Shown: positions 41,649-58,426, counted from the first letter of the stretch. The stretch: DNA of 64,000 nt from Amoebidium appalachense (GCA_963693365.1 CAVNZM010000009.1:1800231-1864230), one strand, 5' to 3'. Notes: generated by a model from the letters alone, not told the origin. Numbers and translations: made by a program.

Positions 41649-44514
41649 CGACATAGAGAGCGAGACGGGGGGGGGGGGGGGGGGGGGGAGAGAGATAGAA
41701 GGGAGAGAGACGCACAGACATATACTCACACACACAGACACACTCGCACTTGACACACACGGAGGCGTGCACACACGTGCGTACTCACACACATACACAT
41801 ATCAACGCGCATACAGGCGCGCGCACACACACACACATACACAAGCACAAGCACACAGAAACATTGCGACATTCACTCGTGGCATGCACACCTCCCACAC
41901 GGACATGCATTTTGTAGGACACACACACACACACACAAAGAGAGAGAGAGAGACAGAGACAGAGGGAGAGAGAAATAGAGAAAGAGAGAGAGAGAGTGTG
42001 TGTGTGTGTGTGTGTGTGCGTGTGTGAGAGAGAGAGAGGGAGAGAGACACACTAACGCACACGCTCACTCACACACATACATACAGATAAGCACACTCTT
42101 GCACCATCACTAATTCACTCGTTCATATCCAAATAGACACAAGTTCGCAAACGGGAGCCTCGATGCGGCTGCCAGAACAAGCAGGTTAGGGTGATCACGA
42201 AAAAATTTTGGTGTTTGAAAGGTGTGCCGTTGGCACTCATCTCTCGTGCCCAAATGCCCAATTCTCCACCCCTCGCATCACTTTTACAAAACAAACACAC
42301 TATCATTACCGGATGTATACAGCTGACGACTCGTGTGAGTACCCAGTCTAGTGCCAGTACGCGTTAGTGGGAGTGGTGTGATTACGCCCTAGGGTAGACA
42401 GAAAAAAAATATCCTGGCCGGAAAGCCGCAATATGGAGTCTGCGTTTTCTAGTTTTTTTGGTAGCCACAAGTTCCACAGAACGGTTTGTGTGGCACGTGC
42501 CGTCACGATCAACGACCCCCTCCCGTTCACTGCTTTTTTTGAAGGGCGCCGAATCTTTGAAGTTTAAATTTGAAGGGTGAGAGGCTCAGAATAAGCATTC
42601 TGTAACAATAGACTAATTAGATAGGACACAGATGATAAATACAATTTTTTTCCCACTAAGAATACTCAGCCACCATCATTGAACCTTTACTATGTAGTAG
42701 AATGCACACATTGCACTTGATCACCTTCTTCATTAGTTAGGGAAATTTATGGGACACATTAAAATTCCGTAAGCCCCTACATAGGTATCCAAACCTCATA
42801 CCATTGTAAATGATTGGGCAACTCAGCTGTAAAAATCTTAGTTTTCGCAGGTCGCAATATTGATTCCTCTAGGCTCGGCTTACATGAGTCTCGCTTATTC
42901 ACGGAATATTCTGCACACCCACTAATACATGTATGCTGAAGCACTTTAGTGCACCGACTTGTGACGCGGATGCGTTTTTTATGCCTTTTCTCCCCCCTGC
43001 ATAACTTGACGCAAAGGTGTTTTTTCATGCCCCGGATACTTATTACCGCATTTTAATCCTTCCGATTGGTTCACTTTGGTTAAAGTTGGGCGGCATGTTC
43101 AACCAACTTTAACCTTTAAAACTAATCGGACACAGTTTCAACCTTATCTACATTATCTTGTGAGTAAATAAAACACTGATTGGTGCACAGCTTTAACATC
43201 ATAGTTTTAAAAAGCCAGGTAATACCAGCTACCTATTGGACATTCCTTGCGGTTACTTTGGCGCAATAGAAAACAGCATGGTCACAGTTGTGAACGGCAT
43301 TGTACAAACGGTGTCACTGTGCTGAACTGAAAATAGGTGAATGATTGAACATGTAATAGTAGATTCGGTGTATTGTAAGAGTGTTACGCCCTTACTATAG
43401 CTATAAGAGACGCCGTGCCATACTCACTGTGCCGATGGTCTGTTAAGCAACTGGATCTACCCATCCTCTGAGCCCCAAGCCGGTGCCACCGGCAAACACA
43501 GCACGCTATAACTTGACGGAGCAGTTAGCAACCATGGTGCAACTCCAACTGGTATGTGTTCCATTTGCCCCTCCTATTCCATCTTGTATGCTTTTTTGTC
43601 ACTCCATGCCCTCCCTTTCATCATCCCATCTCTTCCTTCGTGGTGTTCTCAGGCGACGCCTTCTCCTTATACTACACTCGTTTCTAGCTAATGCAGAACC
43701 TCGACCGTGAAAAGAGGAAGCCAACCTGCGCCCACGTATACCTCAGGCAAGAGTATAGCATTTCAGCGTTTGGTATCTGTTTCGGTCCAATTTGATCCAT
43801 GCCCACAATGCAACGGAAAACTGCAGTCGCTTCCCTCGCATGCTGTCTTTTTGCTCCTCACAATGATCAGCCCAAGTGCACAGTCAAATGATCAGATCTA
43901 GACACGTTGCTTACAAACACCCACGCGGACATACGTACACACACGCAAACACACATGGCCACGCTGTTTGCTTCGTTGAAAAAACACAATGATGCGTTCA
44001 CTGTTGAGCGGTAATCAAGTGCACGTAAGGTCTTGGTCACGCACACAGTAGCGTGCCACACACAGTACAGAGCATAATAGGAGGGTATATGGGGAAAGAG
44101 TCGGTAGCTCCTACCTGCACTGTGGGAATCACCACATGAGAGTGCACGTACACACCTATGCCCCCCACAAGCACAAAAATTATGAAAACAACCCCCTCTT
44201 TTGCCCCCTTCTCCCTACACGTACTCACCCACCCACCCGCACACCCATCTACCAGCTTGACTTTTCAAGATTTGCTTCTGCCCCCCTCAACCTCCACCCC
44301 CCCCCCCTCCGGTGCGCGCGGGCACACACACACACACACCACTCACCTTCACAACCGGGACAACACACACATGCCCCGAAAGCGCACGCCTATCGGCACA
44401 CTCTCCCGTTTCTGCTAAGCTTTGCACCTAAACTATTCACACACGCTTCTCTGCGATATATGGCAGTCGAACTAACTGCCTTCTTTACAGCACGGTCCGG
44501 CCGGGGGGCACATA

Positions 44515-45845
44515 ATGTTGCCCAGCTGGTATATTGCCCGCCTTGCAGCCGCGCTGGTCCTGATCATCTGCATGTATTTGATGCTCGACCAATACTACTC
44601 CAGCTCCACGTCCACCGTTTTTTATTTCACAGACTCGGAAAATGAAGGACAACTTCAAGTCAACCGGACAAGAATACTTGAAGATAGGTTGAGACTTCAG
44701 GAAAAGAAGATTCAGGAGGAAGAGCGAAAACTGCGTGAGCACGAGGAGAAATTGAAAGCTGAGGAAGAGAATTTGCATGTGGAGGAGAGAAACGTTAAAG
44801 CAACCGAAGAGAGGTTGCGCGCTAGTGAGTTACAGGTGAAGGCGATGGAAGATGATTTGAAACGCGTGGTAAACGAACAGATCAAAAAGGCGGAAGAGAA
44901 AGCAAAGAGAGACGCAGAGGAGCTAATCAAACAGAAGGAAAAGGAGATTGAAGAGAAACTGAAAAGGCAAATGGGAAGCGCCCCCGCCGCGGCACCCGCA
45001 TCTGGCGGTAGCACGAACGGCGAGGTGACTAGTCCGGATAAGGAGCCTGTGTATGTTCTCTCAAAGGCGTACTACGAGTGGAACTTCGAGACGGGCCCTC
45101 ACACTGGTAAGTGGCTGCATAGACATCCCCTTGGATCATTTTTGCAGCATGGTGCTCGGATACAGTGTTGCATTTGGTTTGGTGTAATTCGATGCTTTCC
45201 TTCCTTGCTTCAGTAATCAGTACAACCCAACCGCACAGTCACCCCCTCCACATACATGTGCATGACTTACCCGAATGCTGGGTTTTGGCGCGCATGCACG
45301 GCATCTTCTGGCACCACGGCAGCACCAACAGATCGGGAGTTACCTTTACCTGGTTTGTGTCTCTTTAGAGTAGCGCCCCACTCCTCCCCCCCACCCCCCA
45401 CCCCCCCTCAGCTCCCCCCATTAAGACACACACACACAGTGTGTGCGCATGCGCGTGCATTCACACACACGCCTGTGCGTACACATGCATACACACGCAC
45501 GTACACACACATGCGCTTGCGCACACACACAGTCACACCTGTATGTGTGCGTGCATGCGCCAGTGTGCAAGCATATACATACACACAGACACACAGACAC
45601 AGACACAGACACCCATGTGCTCCTACGCGCGCCTACATACTCAGTGCAGTCAGTAAACGTGCACATTCATACACTGTTTGCCTGTCATTCTACTCGCAGC
45701 ACTGTGTTTATGTATGCCTTCGTGTGCACTGTGCACTGTGTACGTCATCTTAACCCCATGAACGCCTGGTAGATATTCTTTCTCCAACATGTCCTCTCTC
45801 GATGACCCTCTCTCTTCCTCTCTCTCTCTGTCTCTCTACCCCCCA

Positions 45846-45880
<35 letters not shown>

Positions 45881-46479
45881 ACCCCTCTAGTGTATCTCTC
45901 AGCTTCCGCCTAATTTTGTGTCTGCCTGATATATCGTGTCTGTACACACATTTCACATCTCCTCCCTCCACCCCTTTCCCTTCCTCCTCCGGTGCCCACA
46001 TACTCTTCATGCGACTACCATGCCGCAGAGACACATAGAGGCGCACATGCAGTGGTGCACCTACACGTGATTGCACACATGATGCACAAACAAATGCAGC
46101 GATCACCTCCATATACACACACATACCTGTGGTTGTTCTTGGGTCCCGTGCAAACACACAGGGACACACACATTCACACACACTCATGAAAAGCAAAGCT
46201 TGCATTGAAGTTTTACACACATCCGTGAGCACGCACGCACACACACACACACACACACAATTTTACAAACCAAGCGCGTTAGAGTTTTACCATTGATCAA
46301 CTAACAGTCCCCGTCTGCTCCCCCTCATCTTTCCCTTTGACTTCTATTCTCCGTCTCTTTTTTCCTCCCCTCCCCTCCCCTCCTCCAACAACACCCCATC
46401 CACTCACCCGCCCACCCACCCTCTCAACATTTTCCCTACCCCTACTATCCCCCCTTCCTCCCTCTGCCCACCTTCACAC

Positions 46480-46524
<45 letters not shown>

Positions 46525-47483
46525 AATCCCACCCCCTCCTACAATCAGGTTGTGATCGTCGTTGCCAATTCGGCAATGACCACTCCAAGTCATCCACTGC
46601 CGCAGCGTTCATCTCAATGCCCGAAAATGGGGCCCCAAACAAGGCACCGGGCCAGAAGGCATTTGCTTTCAGCCTCGAGTCGCCGGCCAACTACCCGGCA
46701 TGGCAAGACGCAAACCTAATGTCTCAGTTCGATTTCACTTTCCACTATCGGTACGATGCCGACGTTCCGCTTTTGGGTCAGGTGAAGGATTTTATGCCGC
46801 ACCCTAAGAAGCTAAACAACCTTCCTAACTTTGACGGGCTCCCGTTTCTGTCGTGGGAGGAGCGTAAGGACAAGGAAATTCTTTCTGTCGTCATTTCGAA
46901 CTGTGCCGGGAGGAATGGCCGTGAGGCCGTTTTGAACCGCCTACAGCAGGCTGGAGTGAGTTTAGCCAGTTATGGCGCATGTTTGCACAACAAAAACACC
47001 CCACCTACAAGCGAATTTCCCCCTGGATCTCCCGTGGCTAAACTGCTATCGGGGGACAAATTCCGGCAGAAGGAGGGTCTTGCTTCACTCCATCTTTTCC
47101 ATTTTGCCGCCGAAAACTCCGATTGCGATCACTATCACACGGAGAAACTTTTCCAGGCCCTCCGCGTCGGTGCTGTGCCCGTGTACATGGGCGGAAAAAC
47201 GATCACCGATTACGTTCCCCCAGGATCGATTATTGACGTGCGCGATTTTGCGACGCCGGAGCTTTTGGCGGATTATTTGAAAAAGGTCGCAGCTGATAAG
47301 AACCTCTACATGCAGTATCATGCATGGCGCACACGGCCCCTCCCGTTTTACGTCATCGATAAGATTAATATTGGGTTGGAGGAGCGTACACCTGAGTGGT
47401 ATTGTAAGGTGTGTAGGCTGGTGAGGAGTGAGGCGAACCATAGGGCACTACCGGACACCAGCTGCGAACCGTCGAGATATTAA
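44515..47483 (+). CDS. Glycosyltransferase family 10 (alpha-1,3/1,4-fucosyltransferase-like), 2 exons, type II membrane protein
   Basis: Exon 1 44515-45106 (TM segment YIARLAAALVLIICMYLML, long coiled-coil stem, donor G|GTAAGT); exon 2 46549-47483 (acceptor CAG, phases match). GT10 motifs SLESPANYP, YRYDADVP, VISNC, and FHFAAENSDCDHYHTEKLFQALRVGAVPVYMG. Confidence 0.92.
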
Positions 47484-47632
47484 ATTCTTGTAGGTTTAAT
47501 ATCAGATGCATAAATGATAGTGCAGAGCGAACACGCACACGCACACGCACACACACACTCACACTCACACTCACTCACACTCACACTCACTCACTCACTC
47601 AACACAAACACATACACACACACGCGCGTGCG

Positions 47633-47714
<82 letters not shown>

Positions 47715-48413
47715 CACACAGACACACACACACACACAAGCATGCGAACGCACAAGTGCACTCACACACACAGACTCACTCACTCACTCACACAAACACA
47801 TAGACACACAAAGACATACACACACAAACATCATAGTAGCATAGAATTGTGTATAGAACTGGTGTATAGGACATGATAATAGTACATTGGGCTGACACTT
47901 GGTTTGTAGTGCTTTGATGGTAAAAGGCTGCAGTTAGCACCGTAAGTAGTCAGGGTTGGTGGACACCCACCCGATAAACACCGATTTCTTGTAGTAGTGT
48001 TGGTATAGAAGGACAGACTTTTTATTGTCTGACTAACAATCTTGTTCGTCTCATTTGCAGAATGGAGAATAATTTGCATAGACACATGGCCAGAACCAAC
48101 ACACACACAACATGTGCACACGAACTCACTATATGCTCACGCACCATCACGCACGTTACTGAGTTCATGATACATGGCAGTTTCGTCACAAATCTACACA
48201 GTATGCCGTTGTTTGTTGGTTTCCTTGGCCGTTGGTTCGGAGTGTTGTTGTGTAGATGGTCAGTGACCCTTTATAAGTGTACGTACGTATTGTAACATGA
48301 AACAAACGATGGTTGGTTCTCATGAAGAGTGTGTGCTGTATATGCAACTGGGAGCAACGTATCTCAATCCCGCCTTGCGACGGCTACCGTGTTTTCAGAT
48401 CAGCCCCCCCTCC

Positions 48414-51169
<2,756 letters not shown>

Positions 51170-51289
51170 GTTTGGGGGGTGGGGGGGGGGGGGGGGGGGG
51201 GGGGGAAGGGAGGCGGGGGGGGGGGGGGGGAGGGGGGAAGGGTGAGGGGCCGAGGGAGGGGGAGGGGGGAGGTCCTGGGGAAACGGGGG

Positions 51290-51321
<32 letters not shown>

Positions 51322-52160
51322 ACCGGTTCATGGGGAACCGGGAGAGGGGGGGGGGGGGGGGGGGGGAGGATCTCCTAAGACACTGGTAACAATTGATCGT
51401 GCAAATACATACTTTTGACTGAAGGGGGGGGGGGGGGGGGGGGGAAGGGGAGGGGGGGGGGGGGGGAGGGGAGGGAGAAGTGGGGAGCCCTACGCAGTGC
51501 TACTAATTGACTCAATGATCGTGCATTATTGCACATCATGAACTGTAGGAATTTGGATATATTAATATAATATAGGGAAGGGGTCCCGCGGCTAAATCAT
51601 AGAGTAGCGGCTAAAAGAGAAAAGCATTCAAACAGAAGGCTCTAACTCGGCATATGCATAGGGTTGGTGCTTATGCCCTCAGGGGAGGGGGGGGGGGGGG
51701 GGGGGGTTTTCAAAAACATCCTGGGTTATGATACCAGCGTTATTGCCATTTCCAGGTGCAACATTTTCCTGTGACAAGAGGGAAGAGGGGGGGGGGGGGG
51801 GGGGGGGGGGGGGGTCTATGCATACAGGGGGAGAGGGAGGGGTGTGCCGGGGGAGAAGGTGCGACGGATTGACGGCTTTGGGATAAATTTGATTTAAAAA
51901 AATAACCATTTCGGTGAATTTGTTGGTACCTTTTATTATCATACGGCTCATATTCAAGCAAAGGTAGAATCTTTATTGACTGTTCAACACTTAAACGGTA
52001 TACGTATTTCTGTACCCAGAATCTCTGGAGAAACAGCTTTATCCAATACTATGTAGCTGTTCACATCCGTGCAAAAAAAAAAAGGAAATTGCCTGAGTAT
52101 ACGTACTACCATACCAAGTATACCCCTTTTTAATGATTCATAATATAAAAAGAACTTAAT

Positions 52161-53963
52161 TTACACATCCTTAGCCCTACCCATGGCACCGGGCACCATG
52201 AAGCTCTCCGCCTTATCGGTCTTATCCATTGCACTTTCTTGAGTGTACATCGACAAAGCTGCACCGGGGGCAATGCTCGCCGTCCCCGTGGCAGAGTTGG
52301 GGTCGGAAAACGATTTCTCCACATAGGCACTGGACGTGAGCAGGACGAGGGGAATGCCGGCCAGCGCCACGGCCAGGCCAACGAAGTAGAAGTACTGCAC
52401 GTGGCCGCCTTCATTCAGGTTGTTGTTTGCGCCCAGGTACCTGCCCATGAGCAGCGTGATGCAGGTGGTGAAGCCGCTGGAAATGGCGCCGGAAGAGAGC
52501 ATGTTGAAGGCTGAGGCCAAGGAGCGGACCCGCAGGGGCACCTGGTCGTAGCTGAAGTAGATCAGCACGGGGTTGATGAGGATCTCGGCAATGCCGACCA
52601 TGGAGAAGGGCACAAACATGATGAAGCCGCTGATGTCGGACATGGCCACGGGGTTGGTGGCGGGGTTGCCGGCACAGTTGGAGATGTTGTTGGGGTCGCT
52701 CAGCGGAAGAATGGCCGCTGCCTGGCGGGCATACTCGACTGCTGCAGCCACGGCCATGGATGCGGCGGCCATGACGAAGCCGGCAATGAGCTTCTGGTTG
52801 CGGGTGACGGCAGAGCCCTTCATGCGGGCAACAAAGGGGAACACGAACATTTCCAAAATGGGCGTGAAAACAACAATGGCCAGGCAGTCGGCTACGTTAA
52901 AGAAAGCGCCGTTGATCTGACTCGACCCGACCCGAAGGTCCATCTGGCAGGCCTGGACGGTGAACGGGCCGGCCATGTTGTTGAAGACGATGTTAAAGCA
53001 CACGTTGGCAACGAGAATGGTTGGGACCGCGGCAAAGAAGTCCTTGGCCTCGGAGAGATTGAGCATACCTGACGGGTGGTCGGGGATGCCGTTAAGAAAC
53101 TCGTTGTTGAGGTGGGCCACACACAGGCACACGACACACACGCTGGCAAGGGCCAGAGAGGCATAGGCCATGGGGTAGGCCATGGTCTCGGAAGCAAAGG
53201 CAGAGGCGATGGAGAAAATAATGAAAGCAAACGCCGTGATCCAGCCAATGAGGGCCACTACACCCCTCACACTGCGCCTTGCCCCGTGCCAAGCATAGTA
53301 GGCGGCACCACACAGGAAGTCACCACTGGCCGCCTTGCGGATGTACCTTGGGGTGCCGGAGAGGAAAATCACCAAAGCAAAGAACATGCCCCCGGCAGCT
53401 ATCATGTATGCGGAGAAGAAGCCATACTCCTGGGGGATGGCTGCGGCCTGGCCGTTTGTTGCCAGGGTGACCAGGTAGCCGTAGGACACAGCGGCGCCAA
53501 CATTGATCATCATGTAGAAGTACGAGAAGAACTTCTCCTGCTCCTTGGCCTCCTCGGGGTTGCTTGCATCGAACTGGTCACCGCCAAAACTGCTGATGTT
53601 GGGCTTGATACCGCCTGTTCCCACCGCAATAAACGCAAACACACCCAAAAGATAGAGCGCCTTGTTGTTGAAAGTGGGCCATGCAGCAGTGGCAGACATA
53701 GTCACACCGATGCAGTAGATGGACGCAAAGACAACAATGGTCCAGTAGCGGCCGAGCTTTGCGTCGGCCAGCCAGCCGCCAAAGATGCACACGGCGTAGG
53801 ACATGACGGTGAAGGCCGAGTTGATGGCGATGGACTGCGAGCTGCTAAACCACATCATCAGCTGGTTGCGCTGGACGCCGCTGAAGGTCATATAGGCCAT
53901 TCGCTCCATCATCTCCACCACGAGGATGAAGATGCACACAGGCCACATTTTGCTGACGGCCAT
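52161..53963 (-). CDS. Proton-dependent oligopeptide transporter (POT/PTR2, MFS), ~600 aa, intronless CDS
   Basis: ExxER motif (VVEMMERMAY), GGWLADAKLGRYWTI, GTGGIKPNISSFGGDQFD, FFSYFYMMINVGA, and about 12 hydrophobic segments. The first ATG is at 53963; the track's GTG start overlaps a splice acceptor. Confidence 0.95.
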   Translation of the reverse strand: MAVSKMWPVCIFILVVEMMERMAYMTFSGVQRNQLMMWFSSSQSIAINSAFTVMSYAVCIFGGWLADAKLGRYWTIVVFASIYCIGVTMSATAAWPTFNNKALYLLGVFAFIAVGTGGIKPNISSFGGDQFDASNPEEAKEQEKFFSYFYMMINVGAAVSYGYLVTLATNGQAAAIPQEYGFFSAYMIAAGGMFFALVIFLSGTPRYIRKAASGDFLCGAAYYAWHGARRSVRGVVALIGWITAFAFIIFSIASAFASETMAYPMAYASLALASVCVVCLCVAHLNNEFLNGIPDHPSGMLNLSEAKDFFAAVPTILVANVCFNIVFNNMAGPFTVQACQMDLRVGSSQINGAFFNVADCLAIVVFTPILEMFVFPFVARMKGSAVTRNQKLIAGFVMAAASMAVAAAVEYARQAAAILPLSDPNNISNCAGNPATNPVAMSDISGFIMFVPFSMVGIAEILINPVLIYFSYDQVPLRVRSLASAFNMLSSGAISSGFTTCITLLMGRYLGANNNLNEGGHVQYFYFVGLAVALAGIPLVLLTSSAYVEKSFSDPNSATGTASIAPGAALSMYTQESAMDKTDKAESFMVPGAMGRAKDV

Positions 53964-53971
53964 CCTCGACA

Positions 53972-54150
53972 CTGTGTAGTAGAAAGAATACTAGTACTGT
54001 GTGCGTATTCACTGCTGACGCTCAAAAATGAGGTGAGTGACTAAGAGTATCAGTTAAAAGCTGTACAGCCTCGGCGATCGCACACGCTAACTAACCTGCC
54101 CTTTTTCTGGATGAGTTGAAATGAAAGGATTCCTTTCTCCATTTATATAC
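53972..54150 (-). promoter_or_regulatory. Candidate TATA box, initiator and 5' UTR intron of the POT gene
   Basis: Minus strand: TATATAAA at about 54149-54142, TCATTTC about 25 nt downstream, donor CAG|GTTAGT at 54096, acceptor ACACAG ending at 53972, 8 nt before the ATG. Confidence 0.55.
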
Positions 54151-54359
54151 TTGTGAGCGGAACGTGTCCCTAAACAGAGCCAATAATCCAATGAAATGTA
54201 TTCTTGGCACATTCCAAAGCTGCTTCCTTTCACATTCCACTCAAGAAAACATAGCTTCTCAAAACAGGGTATCGAAGTTCCGAAAACAAATCCGGAATTT
54301 CCGATATTTGAAAACACAGTTCCGAAAATCGTCCCGGCCGGATCGGAAAGTCCGAGAGC

Positions 54360-54400
<41 letters not shown>

Positions 54401-55339
54401 CGGCCCCCGGGGGGAAGCTTCTCATGACTTCGCAGGTCTCATCATACACGGGGCATACACCACCCACACCAGCTGCACACGTACGTACGTGTCTCCCTGT
54501 CCCTGTAGAATGTTCAATGGCAGACCCTGACAACAGCGCCAGCCTAGCACATGTACATGTTGTCACACCAAACACATTTATGCACACACCCACGCGCGCG
54601 CACACACACACACACAGAGAGAGACACACACACACACATTCACACACACACAGCCGTGACACCACATATGCATCATAGCCATGCATGGCCACATGAACAT
54701 ACAATGCATATGCCTGCAAATGTATAGATAGGCCGGCCTCCACTTCAAAAACTTCCCCCCCCCAGAAATCGAACCCCATTCCCCCCTCCTCCGCTGCCCA
54801 CCGTTCCCTCCACCAGTGCTGCCCCTCCTTCTCCCCCACCGCCGCTCCGGCCTCACCCCTCCCCCCCCCTCCCCCCCCCCCCCCCCCTCAGGCGGATCCC
54901 CCCCCCCCCCCTACTAGTACTCCCCCCCCCCCCCTCCCCCCAGGAAGGCCTAAACATGGAATGAATCTAGATGCTCAGAGTTGACGGCCACCAGGTGCAG
55001 GTGCCACGTGTATCACGATCAGTGGCACGCGTCTTAAATGGCAGGCAATACACACACTGTGCACCACTGTGGCCGTTCAAAGACACACATGCACATATAC
55101 ATTCACAGCCGCGACACCACACGTGACCTAGGCTAGTACACGTGCACAGGCACATACTATCTCAGATCATGATAACTGTATTACAAACGTGCACATGCAT
55201 CCACCCTGTACAATCACATGCTATGCACCCACCCACCCACACACACACCAACACACGCACACACACACACACACCGTGACACACACTTACACTGCACACA
55301 TACACCATGTACAAGGCGCACGCGCACACACCCTGTGGC

Positions 55340-55374
<35 letters not shown>

Positions 55375-55570
55375 CAAGAAACCGTTGGTACAAACACACA
55401 CACCCACACTGGCATGTACACACACATACACAGACACACACACCCTGCATACATACACACCACACTGCACACACACACACATACGTACACACAGTGACAC
55501 ACTGTACATACATACACACACACCATAACTGTTGACACAAAACACACACACACATGCACACCATGTCATG

Positions 55571-55619
<49 letters not shown>

Positions 55620-57559
55620 ACATGTGCACACATGCACACAACATAGACACACACACCGGTTACAGCTGACACAAATACACACACCCACACCTGTACACAT
55701 ACACACAGACACACACACCGTGCATACATACCCACCACACACACACACACAATTGCAAAGAAAAATACTCACACACACACAAACACAAACACAACCACCC
55801 AACGTGATTCCCCCCCCCCCCCCCCCCCCCCCCCCGCCCATGATTCGATTTCTGCCTGAGCTTCACATGTTGCTGCCTCAACTCACTCCCCCCCCCCCCC
55901 TCCCCCCCCCCCCCCCTCCCCTCCCCTCCCCTCCCCCAGAATTTTTAAATAAAAACAAGGGACACTACTTGACGGTTACTAGGTGCTGGTGTGTTGTCAG
56001 AGATCCAATTTAGTCAGAGATCCAATCCAGTTTACTGATTCGCAACGCCGTTACGATTTTTGGTGGGCCTGCTCCGACGGAGCATTCCGATTTTCGAAGA
56101 GGTTTTCCGAAACGGGATTTCGGCTTCCGTTAAGTGGGCTCCACCGTCCTTCGAACCCTGACTCAAAACATAGCCAAGCTGGTTTGTTCCCTCAGTTCTA
56201 AGTTCGACCGTGGACGGCAAGCAGTCGACCTCCGAAACTCAAGGCACATGCGCCGGCCGCGGGCCGCGTATTCATCCAGGAGCTACAGAGGTTCAATGGA
56301 CGCCTATAGACTCTAGAGCCTAGCATATAGTTTTCTCTTGAATTTGACACTCCTGGCCACGAAAGACACCTGTAGGCATGGAAATTTATTTCATCCGGAT
56401 TCCTGTCCGTATTGGGCTCATACACAAATCATGTGCAGGTGGGCCGTGAGCACCAGACTCTCAAGTCTAGACAACTCATTCATATAACCTTAAGCTTCCC
56501 TATAGCTTCCTCATATGTTTTCGTTCTGTATTTCTCTTCAATGACATTAAATAATAAATGTTGTGGTTGCCACTCGCCTGTTATAAAGACTAGCCCCCAC
56601 GCGCACTGAGCGGCGCGACAGCTACGGCGTGACGTCACACCGCCAGAGACTGGTGCTTTGAGATTGCGCAGCCTACATACTGTGATTGGTCATTGTGTTC
56701 CAGGAATTTTCAACGGTTAGAGTAGTGTTTTTTCAAAAAATCGCCGAGCAGCGGAGAGCGGCGCTAGAATTCTAAGCATGGAGTCGAAAAAAAAACTTAG
56801 TGTCTCCTGTTCCCGAACGTATAAATAACTTATGACATCGATTTATTTCATGATAATTTATTTTTTCAAAGGGAGATGGGTCGACTATACTTTTGTGTCG
56901 GAATGTTAATGTTTCGCGAAGGAATGTTGTTGTTCAGGCCACCAATCAGAATCCTTAGATGCAATAGAAACACATTCCTTTCGGGTTTCTTCACGATTTT
57001 GAGGTCGCCGAGGGGCCGAGGGGCCAGGGCGCTTTTGTGCGCGTTTTTACGGAGTGCCCATCGTTTGGTCCACGACGGAGCCGCGATTGGGAGGGCATGG
57101 TGCCCACACTACGTTAGTTTTTCGACTACGCCACTGTTACGTTGAGTCAGCATGTTTTCTGCAGCTAGTTTGGCCGCGGGTTTCAACAGCGGCAGTTTGT
57201 CCGGGACATCGGGCACAGTGGGGGCTTTCACACGGGTTCAGCGACGCTTTAACGCCTTCTGTGTTTGACTCACTTTATGTATTTAGATTGCAGCTGTTTT
57301 TCTTTTAAACTTTTTATTTCAGGTCTTTTTCAGTACCGCTGAATAGTGTTAGGTATCAGCCCCCTGGGACCTATATGCCTACGTTCTAGACTGAGCCCGT
57401 TAGACAGACATGTACATGGCAGAACGATCGCTTGTACACTATAATATCTAGTATACAAGCAGCAGTCCCACCCTGTAACGTTTAGCAGCAGCCCCCAGAG
57501 TTACATGGCGAGTTTAAGGGGGATCAAGTGCACAGAAAAACGGTTTTTGGCTCGGTATT

Positions 57560-58120
57560 GGGTGGTGCATGTGTTGGTGTGGTCAGGGTTTGTTTGTGTT
57601 GACCTGGCGGTGGCACATGCCTGTGGTCGATGCATGTTGCTTGTTGGTGATGACTGGGTTGGACATACAATTAAGTGGTCAGGGTGGTGTTATAAGGTGC
57701 TGACCAGGGTGGCGTATGTGTGCACGTTGGTGTGGTCGGTTGGTTGTTGGGTAACTCCAACGATGGCATGCGCATGTGAAGTTGTTGTTGGGCCCTCGAT
57801 CCCCCAAGGGCTCCGTGGGGCTCACATGTGGTATGTTGTTAAAGTGTTACTTTGTGTCGAACTGGGTTGAACACATAATGGTGCGGTCGGGAAGTTGCTG
57901 GGTGCTGACTAGGTGGCGTGTGATAGATAGTGTGGTCCGTGGGTTGCTTGGTGATAGCAATGCCGAGTTGTGCATGCGTGGTGTGGTCCGGGAGTGGTTG
58001 GCGTTGACGGGGTGGAGCATGCGTTTAAGTGGTTGGCAAATTGCGCTTGGTGGTGACTTACTGGTGCATGTGAAGGTGTGGTCGGGAGTTGTTTGGTGTT
58101 GACCGGGCAGTGACACATGG
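57560..58120. repeat. Degenerate minisatellite, ~50 bp unit, ~10-11 copies
   Basis: Recurring GTGTGGTC(A/G/C)GG...TGG(T/C)G(T/C)TGAC..GGTGGC.CATG at about 57578, 57630, 57675, 57731, 57881, 57931, 57982, 58029 and 58077. Confidence 0.65.
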
Positions 58121-58168
58121 GAGAGGAGTTAAGGTGAGGGGGGTTTAATTTGGTGTGTGTGTTCTTTT

Positions 58169-58203
<35 letters not shown>

Positions 58204-58233
58204 GTTGCAACGACGATAATTGAGGGTTTTTTT

Positions 58234-58297
<64 letters not shown>

Positions 58298-58426
58298 AGG
58301 GGGAGGGGAGGGGGGCGGGAGGAGGGGGGGGAGAGGTTTGCAAACGACTATAAATGTTGATGGACCTCCCCTGTAGAGGCCACAGAGTCGGATCTCGTCT
58401 ACGAGATACATGTGCAGTGGAAACCA

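Noticed and set aside
53076-54044. 322-aa plus-strand ORF, and antisense ORFs over LINE ORF1
   Set aside because: Antisense shadows of real coding sequence with biased codon usage.
57560-58120. CRISPR-like repeat-spacer array
   Set aside because: Eukaryotic context, highly degenerate repeats, mutually similar spacers, and no cas genes; better explained as a minisatellite.
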